Assembly (NCBI RefSeq): GCF_001194135.2
Contig: NC_068992.1
Location: 51,584,736-51,630,946 of the forward strand
Direction: 5' to 3'
From: Octopus bimaculoides
Lineage: Eukaryota
Length of the DNA stretch: 46,211 nucleotides
Position 1 is the stretch's first letter, and each line of letters opens with the position of its first letter. The notes under the pieces are model-generated. The model ran no database searches and was not told the DNA's origin. It saw only the letters and a program-made list of their open reading frames with translations. The position numbers and the translations under genes are program-made. Below, one piece after another: positions 1 to 12,544 of this stretch.

Positions 1-74
1 ATATATATATATATATACATATATGTTTGTATATGTAAATATATATATATATATACATATATATATTATATATG

Positions 75-105
<31 letters not shown>

Positions 106-496
106 TAAGTGATTTGTAATTGCTCACCAGGGTTTTGTTGTTTCCTTTATGTTGTCAGACACAATTATCTCCTGCTAAGTTACATTGAAACTCATTGAAA
201 TTTCGCTACATAACACAAAGCGGGCATGGTGTACATGTATGCAATGTGAGCAAACATGTATGCATTCATGTTTTTGTATAGGTGCATAGAAAGAGCATGC
301 ACATTCAGTTCTTGTCATGACAGGAAAGCAGCTATTAACATGATAATTGATACATGTACCAAGGAATGTATGTATTTATACAGAGATGCACACATACATA
401 CAAGCATATATATACACAGATACATAAATACATATGTGCATATATATATATATATGTATATAGATATAATATATATGCATATATATATATATTTAC

Positions 497-555
<59 letters not shown>

Positions 556-734
556 TAATATACATATACATGCATACATATATATGTATATAATATACAT
601 ACATATACATATATATATAATATATAATATATACATACATATATATGTATGTATAATATATATATACATATATATATACACACATACACACATACACATG
701 GATGTATGTATATGTAGGGAGAGAGATGCACAGA

Positions 735-789
<55 letters not shown>

Positions 790-860
790 GCCCATACATA
801 CATACATACATACATACACACACATGCATACTTACATTCATATATTCAAAACAGATACAC
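1..860. repeat. Compound (TA)n/(GA)n/(CA)n/(TACA)n microsatellite region
   Basis: Directly visible dinucleotide and tetranucleotide runs at 1-105 and ~385-860. These explain the YI-repeat ORFs. Confidence 0.95.
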
Positions 861-1309
861 TACACACACATACACATGGAACAGGCTTGTTAACTCAAAG
901 CAACATTCCACATCTTAATAAGAAAGAGAGATTATATAAAACAAAGAACTGAAATGATATGGCTTCAAGAAATAATGAAAAGCTCATGATAACGAGAGCA
1001 AAACTAACACTTCAGAATAAGTCATGAAAACAAAGCAAGTATAGCTGGACAATTACAACAGTGAAGAGTGTGAGTTTATTGGTATCACATGAGCTACGTA
1101 CATGAACTTGTTTATAATTGTGTGAATTACTGGAAGAGCTTTTGATATTAGGGCCTGAAGTCTTCAGCTAAGAGTGAAATGTCTCTCATATTGATGAGCT
1201 GAAATCTAAAACCCATATATGTAAGTACCATGATTGTGTCTCTTCCATTACTTCCTGTCATTACTCTTTCTTTCTCCCTTCCAATAATTTTTTCTAACGT
1301 AATAAATAC

Positions 1310-1546
1310 ACCATTTCAAGCGTGGCCATTGTCAGTACCGCCTGACTGGCCTTCGTGCCGGTGGCACGTAAAAGCACCCACTACACTCTTGGAGTGGTTG
1401 GTGTTAGGAAGGGTATCCAGCTGTAGAAACTCTGCCAAATCAGATTGGAGCCTGGTGTAGCCTCCTGGTCCACCAATCCTCAGTCAAATCGTCCAACCCA
1501 TGCTAGCATGGAAAGCAGACTTTAAACGACAATGATGATCATGATG
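1310..1546 (+). mobile_element. SINE-like repeat, family A (5'-truncated, ATG-repeat tail)
   Basis: High identity to 36055-36293 and to the reverse complement of 6511-6720. Ends ...ccaacccatgctagcatggaaagcagac...gatgatga. Confidence 0.85.
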
Positions 1547-1794
1547 ATTGTCTCTTCTATCTCTCCCACGTTTATCCCCCACTCATCTAAATCAGTCTGT
1601 TTCTCCCATTAGTATCCGTCTTCCATTGCTCCCTCTCTGTTTCTCTCTTTGTTATCACTCTCTTTTCCAGTTACTTTCTTGGGATATTATCTCAAAGAAA
1701 CATTATTCCATAGAGGAGTAAGAACTTTTTACATTCTTGTGGACTACAATGCAACATCCTCGATACTAATGCCATGATAATATGAACCCAACAC

Positions 1795-2094
1795 TCTCTG
1801 TAAATGATTAGTGAATGTGTAAAGAGGCCTAAGGATTGAAAGGACCTTTACTCTTGCTAGGGACATGATAACTCTCATGGTGTTTGTGCCACAGTAAAAT
1901 ACACCTAATTCTGTGAAGTGGTTATATCATAAAGAGGCTCCAGCCACAGTAACCAGGCAAAAATATGGAATGTATGAACAAGACTTGGCCCTTTAATTCA
2001 TCTATTAGAGAAGTAGCATTTATAAAAAGTGGCAGCCCATCCAACCCATGCCAGCATGGAAAGTGAACATAAAGTAACTATAAAGATAAGGATA

Positions 2095-2110
<16 letters not shown>
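1795..2110 (+). mobile_element. Older, degenerate family-A-related SINE remnant
   Basis: Contains ctgtgaagtggtt...ccagccacag and catccaacccatgccagcatggaaagtg, which match the family A body and tail. Confidence 0.55.
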
Positions 2111-2607
<497 letters not shown>

Positions 2608-3219
2608 AACTAAACAAATACACATGAGCCTGTTTTTGAACTATGTAAGGCACAGATATTCTGCATAAAAAGGTAATGAAGTTACATTGGTGCCCACATC
2701 AAAGTGCATAGGAAACCTAGCATGCTAATCTTTAACTGACATTTCTAAAGAAAGGGCAGTGAAATCACTGAATTCCCATAATTATTAAGCATAAACTAAT
2801 GTTAACACTCAACATTTTAATGTATGTGTGAAATGTTATGAGAAATTATATTGAATTTTAATAAATTTCAAATAGGAAATTTATTTACAGTAAAAGGATA
2901 ATAACGACAAGAAACAATTTATTAAATTGTTATTTTATGATTTTGTTGGTTGCTGCACATATATCACATGTTTATATAGATTGACAGAGAGAAGGAGAGA
3001 GAGGGGTGGCGGAGAAGGGAGTACGTGAGATAGCAAGTGAGAGAAATGGATAGAGGGAAAGAAATAGATGAGATAAGAGATTTGGTGAGTGAAAATAAAC
3101 AGCTTGAAAGAGAAGTAGACAGGTAGAGCATATGAGGGATGGTGTAGGGAATGGAAGAGATGGTGAGAGACAGAAATAGAGAGTGTGAGCTAGCAAAGCA
3201 CTGGGAAGGGAAAAGGATA

Positions 3220-3311
3220 TTTAGATAAATAGATATATATAGAGAGAGAGATAGATAGATAGATATATAGATAGATAGATAGACAGATAAAGTAGATAGA
3301 TAAGTAGATAA

Positions 3312-3390
<79 letters not shown>

Positions 3391-3392
3391 CA
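3220..3392. repeat. (GATA)n microsatellite
   Basis: Directly visible. Confidence 0.95.
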
Positions 3393-3680
3393 TTTCTTTT
3401 ATTAGCCACACAGGGCTCAACAAAGATGGGACAAATACAATGTAGAGCTTTTCTTTTGGGGAGGGGGAGGGGAAAAAGGAGGGTGTCGATCAAAAGGGAT
3501 CGTAGGAAGGGAAAAAAGGGGGGAGTTCGATCAAAAGGGATCGAGAAAAAAAAAACCATCAATAGGGATCGTGTATCACACAGTAATGTTCTCATGTAAA
3601 AAGAGGGGAGGACAGTTTAGGTTTAGCCATGGAAAGAAAAGCCTATGGAAAAGACCACGGTAACCTTGGTCAATATTGTC
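3393..3680 (-). mobile_element. Probable LINE 3' UTR fragment ending in AATAAA
   Basis: Minus strand is pyrimidine-rich and ends ...gagccctgtgtggctAATAAAagaaa immediately before the (TATC)n array. It contains short repeats gatcaaaagggatcg. Family assignment is inference. Confidence 0.45.
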
Positions 3681-3741
3681 ATTGAAGAAACTATAACAGT
3701 AAGTGACTCTCTTACCTTTTTGTTTTATTTTTTTTTCTGGA

Positions 3742-3761
3742 TTAGATAGATAGATAGATAA

Positions 3762-3843
<82 letters not shown>

Positions 3844-3920
3844 TGATAGATAGATAGATAGTAAAAAGATTGTTAAATATAGATATTGAAAGACAGATTG
3901 AGATAGATAGACAGATAGAT
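3742..3920. repeat. (GATA)n microsatellite
   Basis: Directly visible. Confidence 0.95.
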
Positions 3921-4845
3921 ACAAAGAGAGTGAGAGAGAGAGGAAGTGAATGAAAGAGGTGTAGAAAGAGAGAAAATTGATATAAAATTCTATAGAGAAT
4001 TGTTGGTATTTTCAGGAATGGTTAGTTCTGTGAGGTGCCAGTAAAAGCATAACATTTTATTACGATCCAGAACAACTAACCCAGCAATAACAGAAAACAT
4101 TTGAAATTTTCAAAATATTAATAACTTCTAAACATTAGGTTCACTACACTGACAGTTTTATTAACCATGTGTTATTTCATCTACATAAATATACTTCAAA
4201 TGTGTTTTTCATTCATTTTTGTATGTATGTGTGTTCCACATGTATGTATGTGTTTTAAGTGTATGTGTATATGTTTATCTGAATGTGTTTCGAGCTTTTG
4301 TATGTGTGTGTTTATATAAATGTATGCACATTACCATAATTCATGTGATTAATCATATACTTATGTATGCATTTCCTCTCTCTGTTAAATACATTTGTAT
4401 GTGTGTATGTGGGCACGCATGCGTATATGTGTATATGTTTCTCTGTGAATTTGTGTGCTATCTTCATTTTTAATATAAATTATTTCTCTTCAGAATTGAG
4501 ATGGTTTTAACAAAGAAATGCAGTTTCTTTGTTGGAATTTAGATTTCCAGAATGGTGAAGAGTTTATATGCTGAACTTCAGAGAAGTCTTTCATATTTCT
4601 ATATTCCACTTACAAATTCTGTTTGTTATTATTGAACACACGAGAGAGCTTCTTGAAGCAATGTTTTTACAATTGGTTGCATTTCCTGTCACAAACCCTT
4701 ATAGGTTTTGAAGCTAGGAATTTTATTTTATCTCAAAGGAATTCAAAAGCAAAGAGATGTTGGATAATTTGTTGAATGGAATTGTCAATGAACTCCATAG
4801 GTTGCAGCCCAATGACAAATAGTGATATCAATATTTGTAGTCATA

Positions 4846-4995
4846 AAAGCAGCAAGCTGGCAAAATTGTTAGCACACTAGCGAAATACTTAGCAGCATTT
4901 CATCTCTCTCCACATTCTGAGTTCAAATTCTGCTGTGGTCAGCTTTGCCTTTTACTTTTTGGGGGTTGATAAACTAAAGTTTCTGCCAGCTCACC
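4846..4995 (+). mobile_element. tRNA-derived SINE 5' region
   Basis: A-box-like agctggcaaaattgttagc and B-box-like gagttcaaattc, followed by ctttgccttt...gggggttgataa. Confidence 0.65.
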
Positions 4996-5074
4996 GCCCT
5001 TCCGTAGTATATTTAGTATGTTTCTATCTACATATGTATGTAGGCATGTATATAAGTATGCATGTATATACAAA

Positions 5075-5210
5075 ACAGGCTTCTTTCAGTTTCTATCCAC
5101 CAAATTCAATCACAATGAATTTACCAAACTATGGCTGTAGCATGAAACACTTGCCCAAAATGCCACACAGTGGGACTGAACCAGAACTGACATGGTCAGG
5201 GAGCTATGTA
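5075..5210 (-). mobile_element. tRNA-derived SINE, family C
   Basis: gcttctttcagtttct...cacttgcccaa...cagtgggactgaacc matches copies at 9140, 14145 and 43252. Confidence 0.7.
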
Positions 5211-5249
5211 CAGCTATGCCAGTATATAAACAAAGATGTAGAAATATAG

Positions 5250-5291
<42 letters not shown>

Positions 5292-6221
5292 GGGATGAAT
5301 AATTCACTCATAAGGCTCCAGTTCATGCAAAGTAAATGAAATTTGCTCAAAATTCCATGCAGTGAATTAAAACATAGAAACTTATGATTGTGAAGCATGA
5401 TTCCTAACTATTTGATCATACCTGTATGTGACCAATTTACAGTAGGGCTAATTTGTAAATTTGGGAAAAAAAACCTGACAAGAATTATGTAGTGTGAGTC
5501 ATTATCTGGTCATTTAGCAAGCAACACTTATTTGGTTTGAGCTCTGTAAGTAAAAACATAGCTCTTTCCTACATCCAATTGATGCTTATTATGTCATATC
5601 GTTTACTGTAAAATCTAAACAGTTAATTTGATAGTACAATATTCCTCTCGCAAAAAATAGATAAATAAATAAATAAATGGATAAATAAATAAAATGGAAA
5701 ACAACAACAACAACAGAAAACAATAGTTTCTTCCTCATCGAAAAAAAAATCAATACTCTATATATGTCCTAATATTGATATCGTTTGTGCTGCACTCATC
5801 TAATTGGTTCTTATTTCAGGAAGGTTATTTACTTTCCTCAAAGAGTTGTTAGAAGTTTGTGAGCTTTGCTGTAGGGCATATCAGCTTTCTACAGGCGATG
5901 TTTAGTTTAGGCTTACATTTTTAAACTAACTCATGCTTTTTATTAACAATCTTTTACAGTTACGTCATGATCATATATTTCTTTGCCACATTGCTCTGTG
6001 CAAAATTTTAGCAATTGGATTGGCATGAATCTACCTCTCTTTGCAGTAAATAATGAGAAAGAGTACGAATTGAAATGTGGCAGCTTTCAGTAATCATAGA
6101 AGTCACTAGACATATGACGAGTTAATTATTATTATATTATTATTATTATATTATTATGTCATAGTAGTTTGACTTTCAAAAAAATGTGTGATTGTATCTA
6201 TGAGTCACACACACACAAATA

Positions 6222-6440
6222 TATAAGGGATGCTGAAAAGTTCCTGGCCTTGAGCAAAAGAAAAATACAAGAAGATCAGTTAATTATGATTTTATTCAGC
6301 ATATTCCCCTCTTGGATTAACACACTTATTGCAGTGGTCCTTCTGGTTTTCTGAGCTCTGTAAAAGAACTCAGGAGTTTAAGTTCCAACCAGGCCTTTCA
6401 TGGTGCCCTTAAAGCAAGGAACTTTACAGCACCAGTCGTA
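6222..6440 (-). mobile_element. Mariner-derived MITE (~220 bp)
   Basis: Imperfect TIRs (ta)taagggatgctgaaaagttcctggcctt / aaagcaaggaactttacagcaccagtcg(ta) with TA ends. The interior is the reverse complement of the copy at 21385-21597. Confidence 0.8.
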
Positions 6441-6510
6441 TACACACACACACATGATCACACACACATATGTATATGTATACACACACACACACACACA
6501 TACATATACA

Positions 6511-6839
6511 TTATCATCATCAACGTCCGCTTTCCATGCTAGCATGGGTTGGACGATTTGACTGCGGAGTGGTGAACCAGATGGCTACACCAGGCTCCAA
6601 TATGATTTGGCAGAATTTCTACAGCTGGATGCCCTTTCTAACGCCAACCACTCTGAGAGTGTAGTGGGTGCTTTTATGTGCCACCTGCACGAAGGCCAGT
6701 CAGGCGGTACTGGCAACGGCCATGCTCAAAATGGTGTATTTTACATGCCACCTGCACAAGAGCCAGTCTAGCGGCACTGGCAACAATCTCGCTTGAATGA
6801 CTTTTCACGTGCCACCGGCACAAGTGCCAGGAAGGCGAC
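6511..6839 (-). mobile_element. SINE-like repeat, family A
   Basis: Reverse complement of 35945-36293 at high identity, with a (cat)n tail at the left end. Confidence 0.88.
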
Positions 6840-6840
6840 C

Positions 6841-7045
6841 ATCATCATTATTTTTGGTGTTATCATCATTATCGAGTCCATTTTCCCTGCTGTTATGGGT
6901 TGGACATGTTGTTGTTATCCATATCAGTTCTTATATAGAGTTGTCTTAGAAGGGTTGGAGTACCACACCTTATTCGTACATTTCAGTTTTAGCATGATTT
7001 CTGTGGCTGGATTTCCTTCTTAATACAAACCATTTTACAGAATGA
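6841..7045 (-). mobile_element. Degenerate family-A-related SINE
   Basis: catcattat...gttatgggttggacatg...tttagcatgatttctgtggctggatttccttct resembles the family A tail and body. Confidence 0.5.
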
Positions 7046-8664
7046 ACTAGATGCATATTTATTACTAGTAAGCTTGCCTTGTTGTCCACTGGGAAACTCA
7101 TAACATTGGCTTTTTAGGATTCTTTCACAATTAGTGTGTACACTTGATGTTTATTAAGTTCCATTTAGTGTCGACTGAAAGAAAGGTGTTACTTATTCAA
7201 AAGGCTAAATAAAGAAAACAAATGTTATCAAATTAAATGGAAATATGAGAAAATGTATATGTTGTAATATAAATGAGATTATGAATTATTATAAAGTAAT
7301 ATTAATGTGGATAGAATAAGAAAATAAGAGATAGAGAAAGTGGTAACAAATTTGGATGAATAAATGTGCAAAACATCTTATAGTTCTTAACATGTTACAA
7401 AGAGATGAATATAAAATATATATATCTTAAATTAACATTAACTTTTACTTATCAGTAATATGCATGAATGCAAACTTCATGTGAGAATAGTTTGTTGCAT
7501 GTTAAAATAATGTGTTATCAAATGAAAAATCTTTACATATCTCAGAGTAACAACATCTTTTATAGCTCTAAGTTACATCATTAATATAAATGTATGTAAA
7601 ATAAAAGTTGGAACAATTTGATACAAGTTAAAAGAGTTGTGATAACAAATTAAACACAGACTGACTTATATATCTTAAAGTAGCAATATACTTTATAACT
7701 TTAAGTTATATCAGTAACATAGAAGTATATAAAGTACTTGTTACTTAGATCATTTTGCTATATAAGTCTAGAATATGATATTATTTCATGAAATAACACA
7801 GAAACAAACATGCTATCAAATTAGAAATAGAGATGTGAATATGGATACGCTGGGATATAACTTAGGATGTAAATTATTATACTGTAATATTTTAAGTGGA
7901 TTAAATTAAATTAAACATTTTAAAAAGGGGTAAGCAGGAAAATGAAAAGGAAGTGGATTCAAGTTTAAATGAATAGCTGTTCAAATGTTCCAATCTGAAA
8001 TGATTAAGAAAATCTGTAATTAGTTTGGTTAGAGGAAGTAAAAGAGTGTAATAAAGTTGAGTACAGTAATTTCAATTTAATGAAGTTTAATAAATTGAGT
8101 GTTTATTAGGAATTTGTAGGTTCTAAATTCAATAAGGAAATAAATATAACAAAGAGGAACGTGAATTTAGTCTTAAGTAATTAATATATTAAGTTAAGGA
8201 ATTTTACAATAATTGACAATCTTGGTTTAGCAGTTGTTACTGTATAAGCTCACCAATATATTATTGCAAAGTAGGGAAGCTACAATGGTAAGGAAAACAA
8301 TTAATGTTAATGCAGTGTAGTTGTTAGCATGAACTTTAATGAAGTTTGACTAAGTAAAAATGTAAATTATATGGTAGAAGGTGTCGATGAAATGTACTAC
8401 AGAAAAATGTGGAAGCAGCTTCAATAAAGTATTACTAATTTTGAAAGAGAAAAGGTTTGAAAAAATTTGATGTTCTAAAACGTTGATATCTGCAAAATGA
8501 CACTAGTCAGAAGTGCTGGTTAAGTAGCCAGATGTTTGACAATAAAATTTTAAAGGTTTCTGAGGTAAAAAAAATAAAAATTCTTCTGAATGCAAGGTTT
8601 TGTAAGTTGATAGAATTTTCCATTTAATATTACAAGATATATATATATATATATAATATATATA

Positions 8665-8816
8665 TAATTGTTAAAGAGGACATCAAACTTTAAGGCAACA
8701 CAAATATCTCAAGTCATATATATTATTATTATTGGAAACAGTTCAAATGTATATGACTTGTATATGACTTGAGATGTTTGCCTTGCTTTAATGATTGTTG
8801 TCCTCTTTAACAATTA
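8665..8816. mobile_element. Small fold-back/MITE-like element (56-bp arms)
   Basis: 8665-8720 is an imperfect reverse complement of 8761-8816 (taattgttaaagaggaca...tgtcctctttaacaatta). It sits next to a TA run. Confidence 0.7.
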
Positions 8817-8964
8817 TTATATCCGCTACATCGGAAATCTGCAATCACTCCATAACTCACATCTTAGAGCCTTAGTAATCCATTACAGCACTTACCTAGT
8901 GTACTTAATTGTTTAGATCACCTATGAACTAAACCCCCATATTTTGTATATAAATAAATATAAT

Positions 8965-8970
8965 AACCAA

Positions 8971-9019
<49 letters not shown>

Positions 9020-9026
9020 TAGATAA

Positions 9027-9062
<36 letters not shown>

Positions 9063-9065
9063 GTA
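8965..9065. repeat. (TA)n-(GATA)n compound microsatellite
   Basis: Directly visible. Confidence 0.95.
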
Positions 9066-9139
9066 GGCAGATAGTTGAAAAGGTATATATGCGTGTGTAT
9101 ATGTATATATACATACACACACTTACACCCACCCACATA

Positions 9140-9300
9140 CATTTATCTTCATTCAGTTTCTGTCTACCAAATCCACTTACAAGGTTATAGTATAATAACC
9201 ATGACTCTAGTAGAAGAACACTATGCCATGCTGTTGGACTGAACCTGGAACCATTGAGGTTGAGAATCAAACTTCTTACCACACAGCTTCAGCTGTGCCT
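9140..9300 (-). mobile_element. tRNA-derived SINE, family C
   Basis: ttcagtttctgtctaccaaatccacttacaagg...ggactgaacctggaacc...cttcttaccacacagc. Confidence 0.75.
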
Positions 9301-10046
9301 ATGTGGTTATTTATTTACTCTGTCTCCTTGTGTAAATATGTTATTTTCTCACACCAACACTCACTTGAGTTGCAGTCAATTAAGGAAGGAACGTATAGTT
9401 ATTTTCTTCTTCTATTTAAATTAATCAAAATACTAATCAAAATACAAATTTAGTAGATATCAAAATAAATACAAACAAAATTTTCACCATAATAATATTT
9501 TGTGCTTTTGCTACTTAAAAATTCTACAATAAACTACAATAAAAATTCTCGTTAAAAATAAAATGAAAATGAAAATTTAAATATTATGTTAAAATAGTTG
9601 AACATTAAATTCTCCAATACCATTTTTTAGCAATATTTCCTAATAATATCCATTACACAGTGAAACCTTCATTTTCAAATTTAGAGGGTGTTGTTCTATA
9701 ATATTAGAGACTATTAGAATTATGCATATAATTACATGTATATTCAACTTCCACATATGCATGCATGAATACTCACATAGATATTCAACCATTAAAAGAC
9801 CATGTCGGATGTCTCCTACAACTAACAACATATTGAACACAATCCTCGTTTTCAGTAATTCTATTTACTCTTCATTATTAATTTTTGTAAATAATTCCAC
9901 TCCATCTGTTACAATAAATTCTCCTATATATATATATATATATGTATATGTATGTATGTATATAGTAAGTATGCATGCAGCTACACTTACACACATATAC
10001 ATGCATGCAGACATACATAAATATCTACCTATCTACATATATACAT

Positions 10047-10719
10047 NNNNNNNNNNNNNNNNNNNNNNNNNNNNNNNNNNNNNNNNNNNNNNNNNNNNNN
10101 NNNNNNNNNNNNNNNNNNNNNNNNNNNNNNNNNNNNNNNNNNNNNNNNNNNNNNNNNNNNNNNNNNNNNNNNNNNNNNNNNNNNNNNNNNNNNNNNNNNN
10201 NNNNNNNNNNNNNNNNNNNNNNNNNNNNNNNNNNNNNNNNNNNNNNNNNNNNNNNNNNNNNNNNNNNNNNNNNNNNNNNNNNNNNNNNNNNNNNNNNNNN
10301 NNNNNNNNNNNNNNNNNNNNNNNNNNNNNNNNNNNNNNNNNNNNNNNNNNNNNNNNNNNNNNNNNNNNNNNNNNNNNNNNNNNNNNNNNNNNNNNNNNNN
10401 NNNNNNNNNNNNNNNNNNNNNNNNNNNNNNNNNNNNNNNNNNNNNNNNNNNNNNNNNNNNNNNNNNNNNNNNNNNNNNNNNNNNNNNNNNNNNNNNNNNN
10501 NNNNNNNNNNNNNNNNNNNNNNNNNNNNNNNNNNNNNNNNNNNNNNNNNNNNNNNNNNNNNNNNNNNNNNNNNNNNNNNNNNNNNNNNNNNNNNNNNNNN
10601 NNNNNNNNNNNNNNNNNNNNNNNNNNNNNNNNNNNNNNNNNNNNNNNNNNNNNNNNNNNNNNNNNNNNNNNNNNNNNNNNNNNNNNNNNNNNNNNNNNNN
10701 NNNNNNNNNNNNNNNNNNN
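10047..10719. other. Assembly gap (N run)
   Basis: N characters. Confidence 1.
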
Positions 10720-10792
10720 TTAATCTCTACCAAATATATTAAATTGATATATATATATATATATATTTTAATCTCTACCAAATATATTAAAT

Positions 10793-10836
<44 letters not shown>

Positions 10837-10988
10837 GTATGTATGTATATAGTAAGTATGCATGCAGCTACACTTACACACATATACATGCATGCAGACA
10901 TACATAAATATCTACCTATCTACATATATACATACTTGCATGCATTCATGTATGCATGCACACATCCACACACACACACGTACATACA

Positions 10989-11019
<31 letters not shown>

Positions 11020-11139
11020 GACAGTTTTCTGCATATTTTCTCTCTAGCAAAGTTTGTGCTCAAATTATTGATCAACCTGAGAATATATTTAAAGATACCC
11101 AAGATGCAATGGGACTAATTACTGTGAGCTACGATGTTA

Positions 11140-11385
11140 AGCAAATAGCCATGATTATGTGGCTTTATACATGGAAGCTCACATAAGCACAGAGTGTGAA
11201 AGAAAATATAAATACATGTGAAAGTAGAAACAATACCTGTAGTAATTGGAACTTTGGGCACGATAAAAAAGACATGAACAAAAATGTAGAAGTTATACCT
11301 GGACACTCATTACTACACACTGTCCAAAAAAATGGCCCTGCTAAGAACAGCCCACATCATAGGGAAGACACTATCAATCCAATTA
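11140..11385 (+). mobile_element. Dong/R4-type (restriction-like endonuclease) non-LTR retrotransposon, 3' ORF fragment, decayed
   Basis: Frameshifted translation HDYVAL..WKL ... KVETIPVVIGTLGTIKKDMNKNVEVIPG..LHTVQKMALLRTAHIIGKTLSIQ matches the typical R4/Dong C-terminus (IPVVIGALG...IQK.ALLGTAHILRK). Confidence 0.75.
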
Positions 11386-11815
11386 TACACCCGAAAGAAA
11401 ACAACCCACAAACACATGACACACTCTATACAGCAATTACCCAGTGAAACAAACTCCCACCAGCAAGCCAGTAACCAATGGATTACACACTTAATGCACA
11501 ATGCAAGCAGTAACACTGCAAAAGATTGCACCGCACCTCAAGAGAAGAAAAAGAAACTAACACAATACAATGCTAGGAAATATTTACACACTCCCAACAG
11601 CAGAAAAGAAAACACAATGCTGCACACACCCAGCAACACAGAAGTGTAGTTGGTGATGCAGTAGAAATTTACCTCAAACTATCAAATCTTGAGCAATTAT
11701 ATAATGATAATAATAATAACAACAGCCATTGAAGGGATAAGTAAAATCCAGAGATAAATAAAATCTCCTCAGTTGCAGTTCATGTACAGACCTGGCTTTT
11801 ATAGTGTTCTAATAC

Positions 11816-11990
11816 ATCTTCATGATCTCTGACAACTATATCTGGCCTATTGGCCTTAATTTCTCTATCTGTATGTGTTGGCATATCCCATAGTATTGTT
11901 ACTTTCTCATTTCTGTGACCTTTTCTGGCGTGTGCCTATACCATCTTTTTTCTGTTGTTATTCCATAGTGTTGGCATAGCTTCCATCTTT
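11816..11990 (-). mobile_element. Dong/R4-type retrotransposon fragment (RLE endonuclease region)
   Basis: Minus-strand translation WKLCQHYGITTEKRWYRHTPEKVT/NEKVTILWDMPTHTDREIKANRPDIVVRDHE (one frameshift). Contains the RPD motif of the PD-(D/E)xK nuclease. Confidence 0.85.
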
Positions 11991-12544
11991 TACTTGACCA
12001 AAATATAGTTAGTTATACGTTGGTAGATTATTAAAGAAGCATTTCACCAATCCAAAGCATGTATATCAAATAGGTATGCTGCAATCCTCACAGAATGAAT
12101 AACAATAATTTTAAGAGGCATGTGTATAATCATATTTACAGGATACCCCATCAAATTTGTCATTATCAACCTCAATCTCTTCAGTGTCAACCTCAAATTC
12201 ATCATCATCATCGTCAGCATGCACCAGTTTTGTTATCTTCTGCTGGTGTCTGTCTCAATTTTATCATCATTGACTTAAATGTCATCACTAGAGGATGGAA
12301 CAAATTATTTTACGAGAAGACATTGACATTAGTAATTACTTGTCACAGAATTTTAGAAGAAATCAAACATTGAAAAGCATTGTTAAGGGAAACAGTTTTG
12401 TATAAAAAAGACTGTCATACCTTACATTACCATAAATATGCATACATTTCCTACTTTAGATACACATAAGACTAAATACAATACGGAATAAATTGACAAT
12501 ATTACGAAGACAAAAACGTTTTCTATGTATAATTACCCACATAA

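Noticed and set aside
256-952. Overlapping 60-120 aa ORFs rich in YI/HT/CV
   Set aside because: These are translations of TA/CA microsatellites. The same applies to similar ORFs throughout the window.
9722-10901. Long ORFs (255-333 aa) spanning N runs, and similar ORFs at 18.4-19.2, 19.7-20.4, 23.2-23.8, 38.3-38.7 and 40.5-41.5 kb
   Set aside because: Their length comes from untranslatable gap characters.
9930-10935. Identical ~110-bp sequence on both sides of the first gap, plus a ~50-bp tandem duplication at 10720-10800
   Set aside because: Most likely an assembly artefact from unmerged contig ends or haplotypes next to a TA array. Long reads would be needed to call it biological.
12130-12270. 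Acidic minus-strand peptide VHADDDDDEFEVDTEEIEVDNDKFDG
   Set aside because: It has an upstream in-frame stop, a weak acceptor and no recognisable homology, and is partly derived from an (ATG)n run.
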